Below the pieces are notes generated by a model, which did not search any database, was not told the DNA's origin, and was given only the letters and a program-made list of their open reading frames with translations. A stretch of DNA of 64,000 nt from contig JACREN010000002.1 of NCBI GenBank assembly GCA_016218255.1, positions 4,029-68,028 on the forward strand, read 5' to 3'. Made by a program: the position numbers and the translations under genes. How positions within the stretch are numbered: the stretch's first letter is position 1; the number at the start of each line of letters is the position of its first letter. This stretch comes from Candidatus Gottesmanbacteria bacterium. GTDB taxonomy: Bacteria > Patescibacteriota > Microgenomatia > UBA10105 > UBA927. Shown one piece after another: positions 60,698-64,000 of the stretch.

Positions 60698-61392
60698 ACT
60701 CTGATGTCGCCATTCTCGAATTTCGACCCGGGCCGGGAGGCGAAGAAGCCCGCATATGGGCCAGTGACCTCATGCGCATGTATACACGCTATGCGAATGT
60801 CCTGGGCTGGAAGGTAGAGCAAATAAGCGACACCGCCATCCGCATCCGCGGAACGGATGCCTTCACCAAGCTCCAATATGAAGCAGGCACCCACCGCGTC
60901 CAACGGGTTCCGGTAACGGAACGGCAGGGCCGCATCCATACGTCCACAGCAACGGTGGCGGTACTGCCGGAAATACCCGAAACTGAAGTGCAAATCCGGA
61001 ATGATGATCTGGATTGGAGCTTTTTCCGTGCAGGGGGACATGGCGGTCAAAACGTAAACAAGGTCTCTTCTGCAGTACGATTGACACACAAGCCCACCGG
61101 TATCGTCGTAGCGTGTCAGACAGAAAGGGATCAAATACAAAACAGAAACGTCGCGCTCTCCATGCTTCGGGGGAAATTATGGGAACAGCAGGAGTTAATA
61201 AAAGCCAAAACGCTTAGCGACAACCGTAGTGTCATCGGACGGGGTATGCGCGCCGAAAAAATCAGAACCTACAACTTCCCTCAAAATAGAGTAACGGATC
61301 ACCGGATAAACAAAAGCTGGCATAATCTGGAAACAATTATCGAAGGCAAAATGCAAAAAATCACAGAAGCGATGATCGCGATGCGCGAGTAA
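60694..61392 (+). CDS. prfA: peptide chain release factor 1-like protein lacking N-terminal domain 1
   Basis: RF1-specific PVT tripeptide ([16 protein letters not shown]), GGQ motif ([12 protein letters not shown]), C-terminal [15 protein letters not shown]; only 232 aa; start overlaps rpmE stop so no room for domain 1. Confidence 0.75.
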   Translation: MNSDVAILEFRPGPGGEEARIWASDLMRMYTRYANVLGWKVEQISDTAIRIRGTDAFTKLQYEAGTHRVQRVPVTERQGRIHTSTATVAVLPEIPETEVQIRNDDLDWSFFRAGGHGGQNVNKVSSAVRLTHKPTGIVVACQTERDQIQNRNVALSMLRGKLWEQQELIKAKTLSDNRSVIGRGMRAEKIRTYNFPQNRVTDHRINKSWHNLETIIEGKMQKITEAMIAMRE

Positions 61393-61398
61393 GCCCCT

Positions 61399-62571
61399 TT
61401 ACTCCCCCTGGTTTCCCAGCGTCACCTTGACCAACCGGTCTTTACCGTCCCTCCATACAGAAATCGTCATAACATCTCCTGCTTTTTTCTTGGCGATCAC
61501 TTTCGCAAGTTCTGCATTATCTCCCGCAAGACGCACGTCATCTATTTTTGTAATGATATCCCCTTCCTCAATTCCGAATTGTTCCGCAGGGCTTCCGGCA
61601 ACGACCTCAATCACATACGCACCCTCCGGGATATCGTTAAGAATCCCCACATCGCGGGATACGGTTTTGTACCGTACACCCAGAAACGGCCGGTTAAACT
61701 GCCCGGTTGCGTTAAAATTCGCAAGCGACTCTTTAATCACATTGATGGGTATCGCAAACCCGATATTCTGCCCGTCGCCCGAAACCGCTGTATTCACCCC
61801 GATAACCTGCCCGGAAGAATTCAGAAGCGGCCCGCCGGAATTACCCGGATTGATAGCGGCATCGGTCTGAATGACATTGTCCAAACGCTCCACATATCCT
61901 TCAAAGGGGCTACCAGCCGTAATACCTCGCCCAACGCCTGAAATTACCCCGGTGGTCACCGTGTGCCGGAATTCCCCGAGCGCCGTACCGATAGCTATAG
62001 CCAACTGACCAACTTTGATGCTATTGGAATCACCCAGCTCAACCGGAGATAATCCCGACGCAGTGATCTTAAGAATTGCCAAATCATTGGCCGGATCCCG
62101 GTAGATTTTCACCACATCAAATGACTTGTCATCTTTGGTGATCACTCGGTATTTTGCCGTGGCATCTGCCACCACATGTTTATTTGTCACAATCAACCCA
62201 TCGGCCCCTACAATGAAACCGGAACCAATGTCCTGCTCCAACTTCTGCGTTTTTCCCGGTGTCCTCCGGAATGGGGAAAACGGGTCAAACGGATTGATCT
62301 CCAGCATATCGCCTAACTGCCGGGTTTTTGTAATGCCCACGGTCACCACCGAGGGAGACACACGTTCTACTGCATCAATAACGACTGACTCTTCCGTAAC
62401 CACCCGGATATTTTCGCTGCCAGGAAGCGTAACTGAAGATTTGGCAAAATCCGGCAAACGGACGTACTTTTCCAAAAATTTCCAGTTAAGACCGAAAATA
62501 CCGGAACTTACGATGCCGCCGACAATAAGAAAAGCTGCTGCAACCAGAAGGAGTGTTCGATGAATTTTCAT
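61399..62571 (-). CDS. HtrA/DegP-family S1C serine protease with PDZ domain
   Basis: Signal anchor, catalytic GNSGGPLLN, C-terminal PDZ. Confidence 0.9.
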   Translation of the reverse strand: MKIHRTLLLVAAAFLIVGGIVSSGIFGLNWKFLEKYVRLPDFAKSSVTLPGSENIRVVTEESVVIDAVERVSPSVVTVGITKTRQLGDMLEINPFDPFSPFRRTPGKTQKLEQDIGSGFIVGADGLIVTNKHVVADATAKYRVITKDDKSFDVVKIYRDPANDLAILKITASGLSPVELGDSNSIKVGQLAIAIGTALGEFRHTVTTGVISGVGRGITAGSPFEGYVERLDNVIQTDAAINPGNSGGPLLNSSGQVIGVNTAVSGDGQNIGFAIPINVIKESLANFNATGQFNRPFLGVRYKTVSRDVGILNDIPEGAYVIEVVAGSPAEQFGIEEGDIITKIDDVRLAGDNAELAKVIAKKKAGDVMTISVWRDGKDRLVKVTLGNQGE

Positions 62572-62578
62572 GCAGAAA

Positions 62579-63874
62579 TTATTTTAACAACAGCTCTACA
62601 GCTTTTGCAAGTTGAGCATCCCCTGTGGCGTTCGTCACGTCATCAATTTTTACTTCCACGTCCGGCTTTACACCGATTTTATGTATCCAGTCGCCCTTGG
62701 GCAATAACCATTTCGCAGTGGTAATATGCAGTCCTGCTCCACCACCCAGTTCCTGTGGTGTCTGAACCGACCCCTTGCCAAACGACGTCTCACCCACGAG
62801 AGTCGCGCGCTTATAATCACGGAGGGCTCCTGCCACGATTTCTGATGCCGATGCACTGCCCTTGTTTATTAAAACGATCAGCGGTATATCCAGCAAGCGA
62901 CCCTGACGAGCCACTGTATAGTCCTGTTTTGTATTGTCACTGTTGGCCTGTGATACGACAACTCCGCTTTTGATAAATTCACTGGCTATAAACACCGCGC
63001 CCTCAAGATATCCGCCAGGATTATTCCGTAGATCAAAAATCATGCCCTTGAGCTTCCCATTTGCGCGTTGAGCAACGAGCATATCTTCTACCGCCTTATT
63101 CCACTCATCATTAGTTCGGTCGCCGAAACGGGAAAGCCGCAGATAGGCAACCTTACCAGGCTTGGCGGAAAGTTCACGGATACCGGGAGTACCGGAAATT
63201 TCGACAATCTCCGAGGGCGTCTTTACCCAGGTCTCGACTGACGGCACAACAATGGTATCGCGAACAATGGCGATATCCACTGGTTTAGTACTTTTTTCAT
63301 GGAAAATATTTAATGTCACAGTGGTACCGCGTAAACCCCGAATTTTTGTGACCGCCTGCTGAACACTCCAACCTGCTGTCTCCTCACCATCTACCTTCAA
63401 AATCGTATCACCTGCCAATATGCCTGCTTTTTCTGCAGGATTTCCTTTGAGAGGAGCTACCACGATGACCCGATTTTCCCGCATACCCAATTGTGCACCG
63501 ATACCTTCAAATGCACCGCCTAAATCTTCTTTAAATTCCTTGTTCTCCTTTGGCGGCAAAAATGTAGTATAGGGATCACCCAAAGAATTCACCATGCCAG
63601 ATATGGCGCCCCAGGCCATTTTCTGGGGGTCCATGCTCGCCCGATCGATATAAAAACGGAACAATCTGCTCCATACGTCCCAAAACAAAGAAAAATCAAC
63701 GGCGGCGGTTGCAGGAGTTTCCTGATGCAGGATTAGGCGCTTTTCCGGGCTTACGGAAATCTGTGTTTTCCGAAGGCCCAACTGATAACCGGCGCCTCCA
63801 GCCACAAAAAGCAATGCTAAAATAAGAACACTATTTCTTATCCGGGAAAATGGAACTATACGCATAGTATCCAT
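62579..63874 (-). CDS. ctp: S41-family C-terminal processing peptidase
   Basis: PDZ then catalytic Ser block INKGSASASEIVAGAL; 431 aa with N-terminal anchor. Confidence 0.85.
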   Translation of the reverse strand: MDTMRIVPFSRIRNSVLILALLFVAGGAGYQLGLRKTQISVSPEKRLILHQETPATAAVDFSLFWDVWSRLFRFYIDRASMDPQKMAWGAISGMVNSLGDPYTTFLPPKENKEFKEDLGGAFEGIGAQLGMRENRVIVVAPLKGNPAEKAGILAGDTILKVDGEETAGWSVQQAVTKIRGLRGTTVTLNIFHEKSTKPVDIAIVRDTIVVPSVETWVKTPSEIVEISGTPGIRELSAKPGKVAYLRLSRFGDRTNDEWNKAVEDMLVAQRANGKLKGMIFDLRNNPGGYLEGAVFIASEFIKSGVVVSQANSDNTKQDYTVARQGRLLDIPLIVLINKGSASASEIVAGALRDYKRATLVGETSFGKGSVQTPQELGGGAGLHITTAKWLLPKGDWIHKIGVKPDVEVKIDDVTNATGDAQLAKAVELLLK

Positions 63875-64000
63875 ACTACCAACGATCGTGCCTCTCCGTA
63901 AATGGGGAATTTTTATGCGCGGACGACAAACGGCAACAGAGCGACATGGCGTGCGAGTTTAATCGCATGCGTGACCGCCCGTTGATGTTTACTACAGATG

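Noticed and set aside
63875-64000. Partial gene at the 3' edge
   Set aside because: It is too short and featureless to call.

Overview
This 64-kb window reads as a compact, gene-dense bacterial chromosome segment with about 50% GC and the standard genetic code, since long ORFs are intact. Gene content looks CPR/Patescibacteria-like: several type IV pilus modules, several GT-C membrane glycosyltransferases, glycolysis and salvage enzymes, and few biosynthetic genes. This placement is inference from content only.

Layout:
- Positions 55-7413, minus strand: one tightly packed operon. It runs prepilin peptidase PilD, five pseudopilin/minor pilin genes, a Wzy_C (O-antigen-ligase/PglL-like) membrane protein with TPR, an SGNH hydrolase and a GT4 glycosyltransferase. 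I read this as a candidate pilin O-glycosylation module.
- 7444-9633, plus strand: YfhO-like GT-C protein.
- 9536-16068, minus strand: pilB, pilT, pilC and a major pilin, with the pilin translationally coupled to a DUF2723/PMT-like GT-C glycosyltransferase carrying TPR.
- 16173-27274: housekeeping genes. These are holB, the gap-pgk-gpm glycolytic operon, gyrB-ppa-gyrA, another GT-C membrane protein, a VIT1 transporter and folD.
- 27311-34373, accessory-looking block:
  - a SIMPL protein;
  - a standalone C39-like cysteine peptidase;
  - a minus-strand operon of a 148-aa hypothetical, an N-terminal degenerate P-loop plus C-terminal OmpR-type wHTH regulator, and a D-Ala-D-Ala-ligase-family ATP-grasp enzyme;
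  - a divergent operon of a 556-aa orphan protein plus a hexokinase-family kinase.
- 34377-34779: a roughly 400-bp element carrying a GIY-YIG nuclease ORF, flanked by perfect 18-bp terminal inverted repeats. It sits exactly between the hexokinase and a XerC/D-type recombinase.
- 35733-37017: a roughly 1.3-kb ORF-free, repeat-containing island.
- 37018-53109: yebC, tgt, a Kef-type antiporter, rluA-family, dksA/traR, lgt, an MFS transporter, pepA, tRNA-Leu(CAA), dnaB, an MBL hydrolase and two secreted proteins.
- 53134-56611, the candidate I rank highest: a TrpR-like YerC/YecD regulator, a promoter with a palindromic operator, then three translationally coupled genes. These are a PRTase-motif protein, a guanylate-kinase/PhnN-fold kinase with an atypical GRDT P-loop, and an inosine-uridine nucleoside hydrolase. 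This is a candidate nucleoside/ribose-phosphate salvage system.
- 56608-63874: M24 aminopeptidase, a VOC protein, hisS, a DMT transporter, bL31, an RF1 homolog lacking domain 1, HtrA and an S41 C-terminal processing protease.

All calls are from reading the sequence and translations. No database searches were run.
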